Assembly: GCA_963787835.1 (NCBI GenBank)
Contig: CAWBEI010000006.1
Coordinates: 165,577-229,576 of the forward strand
Direction of reading: 5' to 3'
DNA length: 64,000 nt
DNA from: Ignavibacteriota bacterium
Lineage (GTDB): Bacteria; Bacteroidota; Ignavibacteria; Palsa-1295
The notes under the pieces were generated by a model. The model did not search any database, was not told where the DNA came from, and saw nothing but the letters and a program-made list of their open reading frames with translations. A program made the position numbers and the translations under genes. Shown one piece after another: positions 52,284 to 64,000 of the stretch; position 1 is the first letter of the stretch; every line of letters starts with the position of its first letter.

Positions 52284-53815
52284 GTCCCGGATGCAAGCTT
52301 AGACGCATCGATGCTAATGGAATGCTCCCCAACGCTCATTACTTCATCGAGAATGCTTTGTACTTCGCTCCCGATCTCATCGAACACTCTCGCTTGAACG
52401 GGTTCTGGGATGGGAAGCGTAAGAGCGGCATGAATTTCATTCCCAGCGGGATTCGGTACCGGCGTTGAAAGGTCAAAGCTCATTGCTGCTTGATTCGGAG
52501 CAACGGCGCTCGGTGCGGCAGTGTAAGCAATGCGATAAATACAGCCTTCCTGATCGTCTGATACATAGAGTGCGCTGTCCGCCCCTTCGATGATGGAAAC
52601 AGGGCGACCGAAATAATGGGAAGTATTGGAATCGCCACCCACTCCGAGCACCTCAAATCCATTCACGAAATCGGTCACGCGAGCATTTTTGCCATCGGTA
52701 TCGGCCCACATGACTGTGATGCGCGGGGGAGCAGGCGGCGTTCTATCCCAGGAACCATGATAGCATTGAAAGATTGCATTATGGTACATTGCAGGGAATT
52801 TCGTTCCGCGATAAAAATGTAATCCAAGCGGCGCGGAATGTGCCAGCACTTCGGCCACTGGTCCATCGAACGTCTTTACAATATTCGTGTCAAGATTTAC
52901 CCACGGAGCAATCGGGTTTCTGAGTTGAAATGCATAGCAATAGGGCCAGCCATAATTCGCACCATCACAGATAAGATAGATCGATTCCGATGGATTATTG
53001 TCCGTCAGTTCCGTTCCAGAACCGAACATATCATCCATACCATTATTGTTCACCCACAATGCGCCGGTGCGCGGATCGATGTCCATACCAACGGGATTCC
53101 GGGTTCCATAAGCATAGGTGCGATAACCAGAACCATCCGGATTCATCTCGACGATCTGTGCGCGGTGAGCAAAATCGGTCGTATCCATATTTCCATTTGA
53201 GCCGATCTGGAGATATATTTTATTATTGATCGTATCGATCACAAAATTCCGGCTATGATGACCTCCGGCGGATGGTAACAGCGTGATCGTGTCATTCTTT
53301 ACGGCAACACGGGACGTGCCGTTTGTCTCAATGTGGTAGAGAGCACCATTATTAGAGACATAAAGCTGGCCTTTGTAAAATCCAATTCCATGCGGATCGT
53401 TAAGTCCGGTATCGACAACGATCGTGCTATCGGCGAATCCAGTGTGATGAGGGTCTGGAAATGCATAGACATTGCCATTATACGCAGTTGCATAGATCAC
53501 GCCATCGGGTGAAAGTGCGAGGCCACGACAGGTGGGAATGTTCCGCGCAAAAACCGTCATCGAAAAACCTGCGGGAAGTGAAATATTCTGCTGCGCCTCA
53601 TTAACGGTAATAACCGTATCTCGCAGAAAGGGCGACGGCGCATTCGGCGGCGGCGCTTCAAGCGTCCGGGTGGTATGCGGCTGTTGCTGCATCACCCACG
53701 CTGCAAGCGAGCATCCTTCGGAAGTCTGTGCAAGCACAGTCGTCGTCTCACGCGCGCATCCCGCAAGCACGATGGCAAGTATCAAAAGAGTATGTGTAAA
53801 AGTGTGCTTCATCAT
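52220..53815 (-). CDS. PQQ-dependent sugar/sorbosone dehydrogenase-family protein with T9SS-type CTD
   Basis: LPAGF, PHGI, GTRNPVG, NYGWPYC, AHSAPLGL.FY, HGSW, GRPV, YVSDD; PNPA...GTYVLRV. Confidence 0.9.
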   Translation of the reverse strand: MMKHTFTHTLLILAIVLAGCARETTTVLAQTSEGCSLAAWVMQQQPHTTRTLEAPPPNAPSPFLRDTVITVNEAQQNISLPAGFSMTVFARNIPTCRGLALSPDGVIYATAYNGNVYAFPDPHHTGFADSTIVVDTGLNDPHGIGFYKGQLYVSNNGALYHIETNGTSRVAVKNDTITLLPSAGGHHSRNFVIDTINNKIYLQIGSNGNMDTTDFAHRAQIVEMNPDGSGYRTYAYGTRNPVGMDIDPRTGALWVNNNGMDDMFGSGTELTDNNPSESIYLICDGANYGWPYCYAFQLRNPIAPWVNLDTNIVKTFDGPVAEVLAHSAPLGLHFYRGTKFPAMYHNAIFQCYHGSWDRTPPAPPRITVMWADTDGKNARVTDFVNGFEVLGVGGDSNTSHYFGRPVSIIEGADSALYVSDDQEGCIYRIAYTAAPSAVAPNQAAMSFDLSTPVPNPAGNEIHAALTLPIPEPVQARVFDEIGSEVQSILDEVMSVGEHSISIDASKLASGTYVLRVEAGGEVTSRRFVIER

Positions 53816-53854
53816 TTATGCCCTTTCTTATCCATTATTGACGGCTGTTCATAT

Positions 53855-53986
53855 AGCAAAGGTGCCTTTTACTCTCAATTGAATTGTCAATTAATGAACT
53901 CATCTTAACTTTTCATGAATTAATGCATTCCCAATTTTCATACTTCATAATTCATACTTCATAATTTCCCCGCAGGGTGCTCATCA
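53855..53986 (-). repeat. Dispersed ~135-bp intergenic element, copy 2
   Basis: Reverse-complement homolog of 27757-27895. Confidence 0.85.
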
Positions 53987-54044
53987 TCTCAGACACAATA
54001 TAATACAAAAAATGATGGCCAAGCAAAATCGAAACCGTCCTCAA

Positions 54045-54689
54045 CTATTCCCGCACCACATTCTTCGTCATCACCGAATTTGCCGAAGAGAATCTGATAT
54101 AATACGTACCCGGAGCGAGCTTGGAGAGATCGAGTGTGAAATTGGGAGCCGGAGGAATCTTTTGCTCCAGAACCGTCTCGCCGAGCGAGTTAAAGGCGGA
54201 GACCGTTATATTATCCAAAGGCAATCCCTGAACCGAGAGCATTCCGTCGGTAGGATTCGGTGTAACCGTAAAGGGAACTGATTTTAGATCACTCTTTACT
54301 CCTGACGTGGAATGAGCGGGATTCGGCGGAGCATTGGTATAATCGAAATTCGTAACATTGACTACGCTATCACCTGGCATTGCATAACACCGAGCGCCGG
54401 GCTTTAAATAAATCAGGTTGCGATCGCAGGCACTCACTATCGTACACCCTGGTTCGGCGAAGACTGTAGTTCCGCCAAAAACATCGAAATCGAAGCCTGG
54501 ATTAACCCAGAATATTTGACCTCCGTATTGCAAACTGTTTTGCCCATCCGGTGTGATCACGGTTGCATTCTTCGGAATTGAAGGCATGGAATCCACTACC
54601 GATTGCGCGTCTGCATTACCGGCGATCAAGAAAACGATGAAGGTCAAAAAGATCCGAAATGCACAATGACGGTTTTTCATAAGTTCCAT
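54045..54689 (-). CDS. Small secreted protein with T9SS-type CTD
   Basis: Signal peptide; TPNPT...NSLGE...LDLSKLAPGTYYIR. Confidence 0.82.
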   Translation of the reverse strand: MELMKNRHCAFRIFLTFIVFLIAGNADAQSVVDSMPSIPKNATVITPDGQNSLQYGGQIFWVNPGFDFDVFGGTTVFAEPGCTIVSACDRNLIYLKPGARCYAMPGDSVVNVTNFDYTNAPPNPAHSTSGVKSDLKSVPFTVTPNPTDGMLSVQGLPLDNITVSAFNSLGETVLEQKIPPAPNFTLDLSKLAPGTYYIRFSSANSVMTKNVVRE

Positions 54690-54816
54690 TCTAGATGATA
54701 ATGAATGACAATCAAACGAGGAAACCGGTAATTGGTTGCATCAATTTCAGGGCATTAATTTTGCCCCGGATTTTCGCCTATTCCGCCTTACAAACCCCCA
54801 ATGTTACTCTTTCGTG

Positions 54817-54927
54817 TTAAGCCGCCACTTTCGCCCCGTCCCGCGCCTCGATCCAATGGCGGATGTACTCCACAATAGCGGACATCGGCGCGCCGGGAGT
54901 GAAAAGCTGGCCCACGCCGATCTTTTT
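54817..54927 (-). repeat. Displaced duplicate of the last 37 codons of the B12-binding-domain gene
   Basis: 111-bp direct repeat of 55420-55530; 8 mismatches by manual count. Confidence 0.93.
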
Positions 54928-54937
54928 TTCGCAAAGG

Positions 54938-55147
54938 TTAGGCATAAACCAGTCGTCCCTTTGGCTGTGGAATTTCGCGGCCCAATTCTTTCGCGTAATC
55001 TATCCACTCTCGCATCACTGTTTCGACGTTCAGTAGTGTCTCAGAGTACGTTTTGCCATCAGCCATGCAGCCCGGAAGCTCTGGTACTTCCGCAATAAAG
55101 CGGTCGTCCTGCTCGCTCCAGTAAATAATTATTTCGTATCGATTCAT
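54938..55147 (-). CDS. hicB: HicB-family antitoxin
   Basis: YEIIIYWSEQD..FIAEVPELPGCMADG.T..E. Confidence 0.93.
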   Translation of the reverse strand: MNRYEIIIYWSEQDDRFIAEVPELPGCMADGKTYSETLLNVETVMREWIDYAKELGREIPQPKGRLVYA

Positions 55148-55395
55148 AACGTATCCGATAATTGATATTGCAAAATAATTTTGCGAACCTGCCGAACCTG
55201 ATAGGCTTTCGTCATCCCATTCTCCGGCTGCAAGTCGATGATCTCACGAATTCCTTCCCTTGAATAGAGGTGATGACTTCCACGAATTCGTTCTGAAAAT
55301 CCCATCGATATTAGCATCCCTGTCAGTTCATTGAACCGGATATTGTAATCGGAAGTGCCACGAAGTAAAATATCGAGAGTTTTGCGGGGATTCAT
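55144..55395 (-). CDS. hicA: HicA-family toxin
   Basis: NIRF.EL..L..GF.ERIRGSHH...QP....KAYQVRQV. Confidence 0.93.
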   Translation of the reverse strand: MNPRKTLDILLRGTSDYNIRFNELTGMLISMGFSERIRGSHHLYSREGIREIIDLQPENGMTKAYQVRQVRKIILQYQLSDTL

Positions 55396-55419
55396 TTAGA
55401 CTGAGAAAATTAGTCTGGC

Positions 55420-55836
55420 TCACACCGCCACGTTCGCCCCATCTCGCGCCTCGATCCAATGGCGGATGTACTCCACAATCGCGGACATCGGCGCACCGGG
55501 AGTGAAAAGCTGGCCCACGCCGATCTTTTTCAGTTCCTCGATGTCTTCGTTGGACATAATGCCGCCGCCGGTGAGGAGCACATCGTCCAGGCCGCGCTCG
55601 CGCAGCAATTTCAGGACGCGCGGGAAGATCGTCATGTGCGCGCCGGAGAGCATGGAAATGCCAACGACATCCACGTCCTCCTGCAACGCGGCTTCCGCGA
55701 TCATTTCGGGCGTTTGGCGCAGACCGGTGTAGATCACTTCCATTCCCGCATCGCGCAGAGCTGCAGCAATAACTTTCGCGCCACGATCGTGGCCATCCAA
55801 TCCGGCTTTGGCAATAAGGACTCGTATTTTTCTCAA
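55420..55836 (-). CDS. Cobalamin-binding domain protein (methylmalonyl-CoA mutase small subunit type)
   Basis: [11 protein letters not shown] (DxHxxG), GLRQTPE, SMLSGAH, GGGI, FTPG. Confidence 0.93.
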   Translation of the reverse strand: MRKIRVLIAKAGLDGHDRGAKVIAAALRDAGMEVIYTGLRQTPEMIAEAALQEDVDVVGISMLSGAHMTIFPRVLKLLRERGLDDVLLTGGGIMSNEDIEELKKIGVGQLFTPGAPMSAIVEYIRHWIEARDGANVAV

Positions 55837-55845
55837 GTTTGGGAA

Positions 55846-55984
55846 AGTGCTAAGTACTGGTAAGTGCTGAGTGCTAAGTTATGAACTGCCTTGTAAACAC
55901 CAAATGGGACAAAATACTTCACAACCTTGTTTCAGCCGCACTCGACTAACTACTTTAGCACTCAGCACTTTAGCACTTAGCACT
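55846..55984. repeat. Inverted pair of AGTGCT(A/G) heptamer arrays
   Basis: aagtgctaagtactggtaagtgctgagtgctaagt and actttagcactcagcactttagcacttagcact. Confidence 0.8.
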
Positions 55985-55987
55985 TCT

Positions 55988-57160
55988 ATGCATCCTGTAA
56001 TCCTCCGCGGCGCACGCACTCCTATCGGTGTTTTTCTCGGCTCTCTCGCAGATGTTTCCGCTCCAAAACTTGGCTCCGTTGCCATTAAAGCTGCGCTTGA
56101 ACGATCTGGCGTTAACCCCAATGATGTCAACGAGACATATATGGGCTGCGTACTCACGGCCGGCGTTGGACAAGCACCTGCTCGGCAAGCCTCCATCGGC
56201 GCAGGAATTCCGGTAAGCGTACCATGTACAACAATCAATAAAGTCTGCGGCTCCGGCATGAAGGCCGTGATGATGGCCGCGCAAAACGTGATGCTCGGAG
56301 ATGCCGGCGTTGTGGTTGCCGGAGGGATGGAATCGATGTCGAACGCGCCCTACTTGCTCAGCCGCGCGCGCACCGGATACAAGATGGGTAACGGCGAACT
56401 CATCGATGAGATGATAAAAGATGGCTTGTGGGATGTCTATAACGATTTCCACATGGGCAATGCCGCAGAGCTTTGCGCTGTCGATTGCAACGTACCCCGC
56501 GAAGCACAGGATGAATTTGCCATCCGTAGTTTCAAGCTTGCAAATGAGTCTATTGATAATGGTGCGTTCAGCACGGAGATCGTGCCTGTCAGCGTCATGC
56601 GAGGAAAAGAAACAGTCGAAGTAACCGAGGACGAGAATCCTCGCAAAGTAAAATACGATAAGATACCAACGTTAAAACCGGTATTCAAGAAGGACGGTAC
56701 CGTCACTGCCGCAAATGCCAGTTCCATCAACGACGGCGCTGCCGCGCTCGTCGTTGCAGGAGATGAAATTGCAAAATCGAACGGCTGGAAACCGACTGCA
56801 CGAATTCTTGCCTACTCTTCTTACGCGCAGGAGCCAGAGAAATTCACAACTGCGCCAGTTTTCTCCATACAATCCGTTTTGAAGCGCGCAAAAATGTCTC
56901 TTTCGGATATTGATCTATTCGAAGTCAACGAAGCTTTCGCCGTTGTAGCGCTTGCTACACAAGGCCAACTTGGAATTCCGCTCGAAAAGTTGAATGTACT
57001 TGGCGGAGCGATCGCACTCGGACACCCCATCGGTGCAAGCGGTACACGCATTATCATCACGCTTTTGAACGCGCTCGAACGGCAGAACAAGCAGATCGGC
57101 CTTGCCTCGATCTGCATCGGCGGCGGCGAAGCAACAAGTATTATTGTAGAAAGAATCTGA
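55988..57160 (+). CDS. Acetyl-CoA C-acetyltransferase (thiolase)
   Basis: RTPIG, NKVCGSG, NEAF, GHPIGASG, CIGGG. Confidence 0.96.
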   Translation: MHPVILRGARTPIGVFLGSLADVSAPKLGSVAIKAALERSGVNPNDVNETYMGCVLTAGVGQAPARQASIGAGIPVSVPCTTINKVCGSGMKAVMMAAQNVMLGDAGVVVAGGMESMSNAPYLLSRARTGYKMGNGELIDEMIKDGLWDVYNDFHMGNAAELCAVDCNVPREAQDEFAIRSFKLANESIDNGAFSTEIVPVSVMRGKETVEVTEDENPRKVKYDKIPTLKPVFKKDGTVTAANASSINDGAAALVVAGDEIAKSNGWKPTARILAYSSYAQEPEKFTTAPVFSIQSVLKRAKMSLSDIDLFEVNEAFAVVALATQGQLGIPLEKLNVLGGAIALGHPIGASGTRIIITLLNALERQNKQIGLASICIGGGEATSIIVERI

Positions 57161-57196
57161 ACCTGGATTACGCGGATTAAGGCGGATTACGCGGAC
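57156..57196. repeat. Single arm of the GATTACGCG repeat family overlapping the thiolase stop
   Basis: tctgaacctggattacgcggattaaggcggattacgcggac. Confidence 0.8.
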
Positions 57197-57224
57197 GATT
57201 TTTCGGATAATCGGTTACAGCAGA

Positions 57225-58301
57225 ATGCAAACATTCGCCATTCGCCGTTCGCCATTCGCCACTCGCAATGTTCTTCTGTTGACGCTGGCTGCGTCGGCAA
57301 TCCTACTTGCACCAACGATCCTTTGGCCGTTCGATTACGATCAGGGAACGTTTGCTTACGGCGGATGGGCCATTCTTCATGGGCAACGACCCTACATTGA
57401 TTTTTGGGACATCAAACCGCCATATATCTTCTATACTTATGCCGCTGCATTTGCGATGTTCGGAAATAGCGTTCGAGCCATCCGCATTTTCGATTATCTG
57501 AATGCGCTCCTAACGATCGGATTGCTGTTCACTCTTGCAACGCGATTATGGAAAGACGCTCCCTGGCGAAATCTTGCTGCTGCGATGGCGTCGCTTGCAT
57601 TTGTAGTGCAATATTATATTTTCGGACATTGGGATACCGCACAAACGGAAACATACAGCCTGCCGCTACTAATTGGAGCAGAGCTGCTTGTAATTCAACG
57701 CAACGAATCAAAACTTTTATTGCGATCTGTTTGTGCAGGTGCATTGATCGGAATTGCATTCTACTTCAAATTTCCCAATGCTTTGTTTCTTGGATTGATC
57801 GCTGCGACGATTTGGCTTTTCACGGCAAAAGAAAGACGCATAAAATCTATCCTTTGGCTATGCGCCGGATTTATTTTTGCGATAGGATTAGAAAGCTTAT
57901 ATCTTGCCTTTAATGGCGAGCTGCTTCCACTCTGGCAGCTTACAACTTTGGAAACGGCATCGTATGTCTCGACTAATTATTCCGGCTCATTTGGATTTAT
58001 CCAGAATCTCCGAACGAGTTCTCAGGCTTTGGATATTTTGTGGATCTTTGTTGGAATACTTGGATGGAGTTATTGGGTCGTTTCCCGACGCCATGAAGAA
58101 AAAGACTCCACTGCGATACTTCGCTCTCTCATGCTCCTCATTCTCGGTTGTCTGATCGCGTTCATTGCGGTCCAATTGCAGAACAAAGGATACAAATATC
58201 ATTATGCTATTCTACTTCCATGGGCCGATCTTAGTATCGGAGCGGGATTTGTGCATGTCGTATTTGCAATTTCAAATTTCATTCGATTGCCGCGACGCTG
58301 A
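57225..58301 (+). CDS. GT-C (ArnT/PMT-like) glycosyltransferase, 3'-truncated at the composition junction
   Basis: DYDQG, PYIDFWDIKPP, AQTE, multiple TM helices; last codons lie in high-GC DNA. Confidence 0.8.
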   Translation: MQTFAIRRSPFATRNVLLLTLAASAILLAPTILWPFDYDQGTFAYGGWAILHGQRPYIDFWDIKPPYIFYTYAAAFAMFGNSVRAIRIFDYLNALLTIGLLFTLATRLWKDAPWRNLAAAMASLAFVVQYYIFGHWDTAQTETYSLPLLIGAELLVIQRNESKLLLRSVCAGALIGIAFYFKFPNALFLGLIAATIWLFTAKERRIKSILWLCAGFIFAIGLESLYLAFNGELLPLWQLTTLETASYVSTNYSGSFGFIQNLRTSSQALDILWIFVGILGWSYWVVSRRHEEKDSTAILRSLMLLILGCLIAFIAVQLQNKGYKYHYAILLPWADLSIGAGFVHVVFAISNFIRLPRR

Positions 58302-58773
58302 CCGCCGGAAACACCAAGCAGATGTAGTCCGCGGGCGTCAGCAGCGGACACGACGGCGAAGGTCCGGGACACGTGATGATCTCGTTCATGTCGAAGCTAC
58401 GCGATTGCGCGACCATCGTCGTGCCATCGGCTTCGAACAGGCGCAGATCGAGGTCGCCGCGATCGGGATCGTCGAACAGGATCGAGAGCGTCACGCTCGC
58501 GGTGTTGGCGGGAACGGTGAACTTGTAATAGTCCAGGTCGTCGGGCTGCCCCGAGCCGTTGGAGCAGATCGCCGCGGGACCGGTCGCTCCGGCGATCACC
58601 GGCGTCGCTTGCGCGGGAGTATCGTTGGGCTCGCCGAACGCGCACGCGGCTGCGGGGAACGGCCCGTCGATCGCCGCGTCTTTCGGGATCTGGCTGTTGT
58701 CGAAGTCGAGCGTCAGCGAGCAACCGGCCACCGCGAGCAGCGCGGTTGTCAGCACGGACGACTCCCGAATCAT
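58279..58773 (-). CDS. Myxobacterial-type lipoprotein with PPC-like domain, C-terminus probably cut at the junction
   Basis: MIRESSVLTTALLAVAG-C lipobox; EPNDT, DDLDYYKF, GDLDLRLF. Confidence 0.75.
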   Translation of the reverse strand: MIRESSVLTTALLAVAGCSLTLDFDNSQIPKDAAIDGPFPAAACAFGEPNDTPAQATPVIAGATGPAAICSNGSGQPDDLDYYKFTVPANTASVTLSILFDDPDRGDLDLRLFEADGTTMVAQSRSFDMNEIITCPGPSPSCPLLTPADYICLVFPAVSVAAIE

Positions 58774-58884
58774 GAGCCACGGTAACGGGCCGATGCGGAG
58801 AACGTCAAGAGATCTGAAGCACTTAGCTCCAGAGCCGCGCTTGACCGTCGAGTCGCCCGGCGCTAGGGTGCGCGCTCCCCGGCC

Positions 58885-59874
58885 ATGTACCTGCAAGACC
58901 TCATCTTCACGCTGCAGAAGTTCTGGGCGGATCGCGGCTGCGTGATCGAGCAACCCGTCGATGTCGAGGTCGGCGCGGGGACATTTCACCCGGCGACGTT
59001 CCTGCGCGTGCTCGGCCCCGAGCCGTGGAACGCGGCGTTCGCGCAGTTCTGCCGGCGACCGTCGGATGGTCGTTACGGCGACAACCCGAATCGCGCGGGC
59101 GCGTACTACCAGTTTCAAGTCGGCCTGAAGCCGTCGCCGCTCCACGTCCAGGACCTCTACCTCGATTCGCTGCGCGCGATCGGCCTCGATCCCGGCGCGC
59201 ACGACGTGCGCTTCGTCGAGGACGATTGGGAATCGCCGACGCTCGGCGCGTGGGGCCTCGGCTGGGAAGTGTGGTGCGATGGCATGGAGGTCACGCAGTT
59301 CACGTACTTCCAGCAAGCCGGCGGCATCGATCTGCTGCCGGTCACCGCCGAGCTGACCTACGGCGTCGAGCGGATCGCGATGTATCTGCAGGACGCGAAG
59401 AGCATGTTCGATCTCAAGTGGGACAAGAACGTGACCTACGGCCAGCTGCGGCACCCGTGGGAGGTCGAGTACTCGCGCTACCACTTCGAGGAGCTCGTCG
59501 CCGACAACGCGTTTCGCGCGTTCGACACGTACGAGGCCGAGTGCAAGCGCTTGCTCGAGCGTGGCCTCGTGCTTCCGGCGTACGAGTTCTGCATGAAGAG
59601 CAGCCATCAGTTCAACTCGCTCGACGCGCGCGGCGCGATCAGCGTGACCGAGCGCCAGCGCTTCATCGGGCGCGTGCGCGGGATGGCGCGTGCATGCGCG
59701 CACGCGTACGTCGGCGCGCGCGCCAAGCTCGAGTTTCCGCTGCTGCCGCCGCACCTGCGCGCGCAGGCGGTCGCCGCGTATCGCGGCGCGGAAGAAGCCG
59801 GCGTCAATGCGGGCGCGCTCGCCGCGGGTCGCGCGATCAGCGCGCACGCGCAGGAGATGGTCCATGCCGGCTGA
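58885..59874 (+). CDS. glyQ: Glycine--tRNA ligase alpha subunit
   Basis: [43 protein letters not shown]. Confidence 0.97.
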   Translation: MYLQDLIFTLQKFWADRGCVIEQPVDVEVGAGTFHPATFLRVLGPEPWNAAFAQFCRRPSDGRYGDNPNRAGAYYQFQVGLKPSPLHVQDLYLDSLRAIGLDPGAHDVRFVEDDWESPTLGAWGLGWEVWCDGMEVTQFTYFQQAGGIDLLPVTAELTYGVERIAMYLQDAKSMFDLKWDKNVTYGQLRHPWEVEYSRYHFEELVADNAFRAFDTYEAECKRLLERGLVLPAYEFCMKSSHQFNSLDARGAISVTERQRFIGRVRGMARACAHAYVGARAKLEFPLLPPHLRAQAVAAYRGAEEAGVNAGALAAGRAISAHAQEMVHAG

Positions 59875-61938
59875 TCTGCTGTTCGAGATCGGCTGCGAGG
59901 AGATTCCGGCCAAGATGCTGACGCGCGCGCTCGTCGAGCTGCCCGCGCAGATCGAGGCCAAGCTCGCGGCCGCGCGGCTCGGCCATGCCGGCGTGCGCGT
60001 GCTCGGCACGCCGCGCCGGATCGCGCTGATCGTGAGCCAGCTCGCCGAGCGCCAACCGGATCTGCGCGACGAGGTCGTCGGTCCGCCGGTGTCCGCCGCG
60101 TTCGCGCCGGACGGCACGCTGACGAAGGCCGGGCAGGGGTTCGCCGCGAAGAACGGCGTCGACGCGGCCGCGATCGCGAAGAAAGAAGTCGCCGGCAAGA
60201 AGGGCCTGTACGCGGTCGCGACGCGCGAGGTCGCCGGGCAAGATACCCGCGCGCTGTTGCCGGCGCTGCTCGTCGAGCTCGCGACCGGCATCGCGTGGCC
60301 GAAGTCGATGCGCTGGGGCTGGGGCGAGACCGCGTTCGTGCGGCCGGTGCAGTGGCTCGTCGCGCTGCTGGGCGCCGAGGTCATCCCGGTACAATGGGCC
60401 GGGCACACCGCCGGGCGTCACAGCCGCGGTCATCGCTTTCTCGCGAACCACGCGGTGGAGATCTCGTCCGCGGTCGCGTACGAGGCCGCGCTGCACGCGG
60501 CGCACGTGATCGTCGATCCCGACGCGCGCAAGCAGACCGTCACCGACGAGCTCGCGCGGCTCGCGCAGCGCGATGGCCTGCGCGTGCGGCCCGACGACGC
60601 GCTGGTCGCCGAGGTCATCCACCTCGGCGAGTGGCCGGTCGGCGTCAGCGGCGCGTTCGATCCCAAATCGCTCGAAGTGCCCGAGGAGATGATCGTCACC
60701 GCGATGCGCAATCATCAGCGCTACTTCGCGATGGAGACGAGCGACGGCAGGCTCGCGCCGCGGTTCGCGACCGTGATGGCCACGATCGTGCAGATCCGGC
60801 GGTCGTCGCGCGCGGCAACGAGACCGTGCTCGCATCGCGGCTCGCGGATGCGCGGTTCTTCTTCGCGCAGGACTCCGCGAGTCATTCGTTCGATGCGTGG
60901 AACACCAAGCTCGACGCGGTCGTGTTCCAGGCGAAGCTCGGCGATGGCGCGAAGACGATCGGCGACAAGGTCCGCCGGCTCGTCGAGCTGGTGACGCACC
61001 TGACCCCGAGCGCGGTCGCGATTCGCGCGGCGCGGCTGTGCAAGGCGGATCTCGCGTCGCATGCGGTCGGCGAGTTTCCCGAGCTGCAGGGCACGATGGG
61101 CCGGCACTACGCGCGCGTATTCGGCGAGCCAGCGGCGGTCGGCGACGCGATCGAGCAACACTGGTGGCCGAAGGGCCAAGGCGCCGCGCTGCCGGCGAGC
61201 GAAGACGCCGCGTACGTCGGCGTCGCGGATCGCGTGGACACGTTGGTCGGATGCTTCGCGACCGGGCTTGTGCCCAGCGGCAACGCCGATCCGCTGGGCT
61301 TGCGCCGCTCCGCGCTCGGCGTGCTGGAAATCTTCCTGCGCTACGAGCAGCTGTTCCCGAGCCTGAAGCTCGTGCTCGACGCGGCCGAAAACGTCTACGC
61401 CGGTACGCCGGTCAAGCTGTCGCCCGACGCGCGCCAGCAGCTGTTCGACTTCATCCGCCAGCGCCTGCGCGGGTTCCTGATCGATGAAGAGGGCCTCGAC
61501 GCGACGGTCGTCGAGGTCGCGCTCGGCGCCGGCTTCGATAACCCGCACGACGCGCGCCGCCGCGCGAATGCGCTGTCGGTGTTGCCCGCGGACACGAAGG
61601 CCGTGTTCAAGCGCATCGGCAACATCCTCGACGAGGCGACCGCGAAGGGCTTCGGCACGCAGGCCGCGCCGGACGAGGGCAAGCTGGTCGCCGCGGTCGA
61701 GAAGCAGCTGCACGCCGCGCATCGCGCGAGCGCCGCGCGCATCGACAACCTGATCGCGGGCGAGCAGTACGCCGATGCGTTCGGCGTCCTCGCCGAGATC
61801 GGGCCGCAGCTCGCCGCGTTCTTCGACAAGGGCGGCGTGATGGTCATGGATCCGGACGCGTCGCTGCGCGAGAACCGGCTCGCGTTGCTGCGTGCGATTG
61901 ACGCGCCGTTCGCGAAGATCGGCGACTTCCGAAACTGA
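59864..61938 (+). CDS. glyS: Glycine--tRNA ligase beta subunit (frameshift near 60793)
   Basis: [27 protein letters not shown]; then [22 protein letters not shown]. Confidence 0.93.
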
Positions 61939-61954
61939 GCACGGGAGCATCCTC

Positions 61955-64000
<2,046 letters not shown>

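Noticed and set aside
54817-55530. Duplicated gene ends as diversity-generating retroelement TR/VR pairs
   Set aside because: No reverse transcriptase in the window; mismatches are mostly silent and not adenine-specific.
28650-57266. Short repeat arrays as CRISPR
   Set aside because: No constant 25-40 bp repeats with unique spacers and no cas genes.

Overview
Bases 1 to ~58,285 come from a ~45-50% GC bacterium of the Bacteroidota/Chlorobiota-Ignavibacteria-Kapabacteria group. This is inferred from T9SS-type C-terminal sorting domains, TAnnTTTG-type promoters and the futalosine pathway. The segment holds a 23S-5S rRNA unit with no adjacent 16S (only a tRNA T-arm relic), truA-lysA-serS, a 13 kb tandem array of five secreted Asp-box beta-propeller proteins, tdh and menaquinone futalosine genes including an MqnE-MqnA fusion. 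It also holds an MBOAT/SGNH/acyltransferase-3 cluster, a detached rplO-secY-map unit, a toxin-antitoxin/RelA-SpoT cluster next to tRNA-Val, glnA, lrp, ltaE and a thiolase. Two integrase-free TA cassettes (hicAB; higBA-like) are each bracketed by a direct duplication of the 3' end of the upstream gene. Several families of short intergenic repeats are present. At ~58,285 the sequence switches abruptly, mid-gene, to ~70% GC DNA (lipoprotein, glyQ, glyS, ppdK; Myxococcota-like) with many frameshifts, most likely an assembly or read chimera. Scattered single-base frameshifts suggest long-read indel errors. All family calls are from motif recognition by eye, and GC values are estimates; no searches were run.
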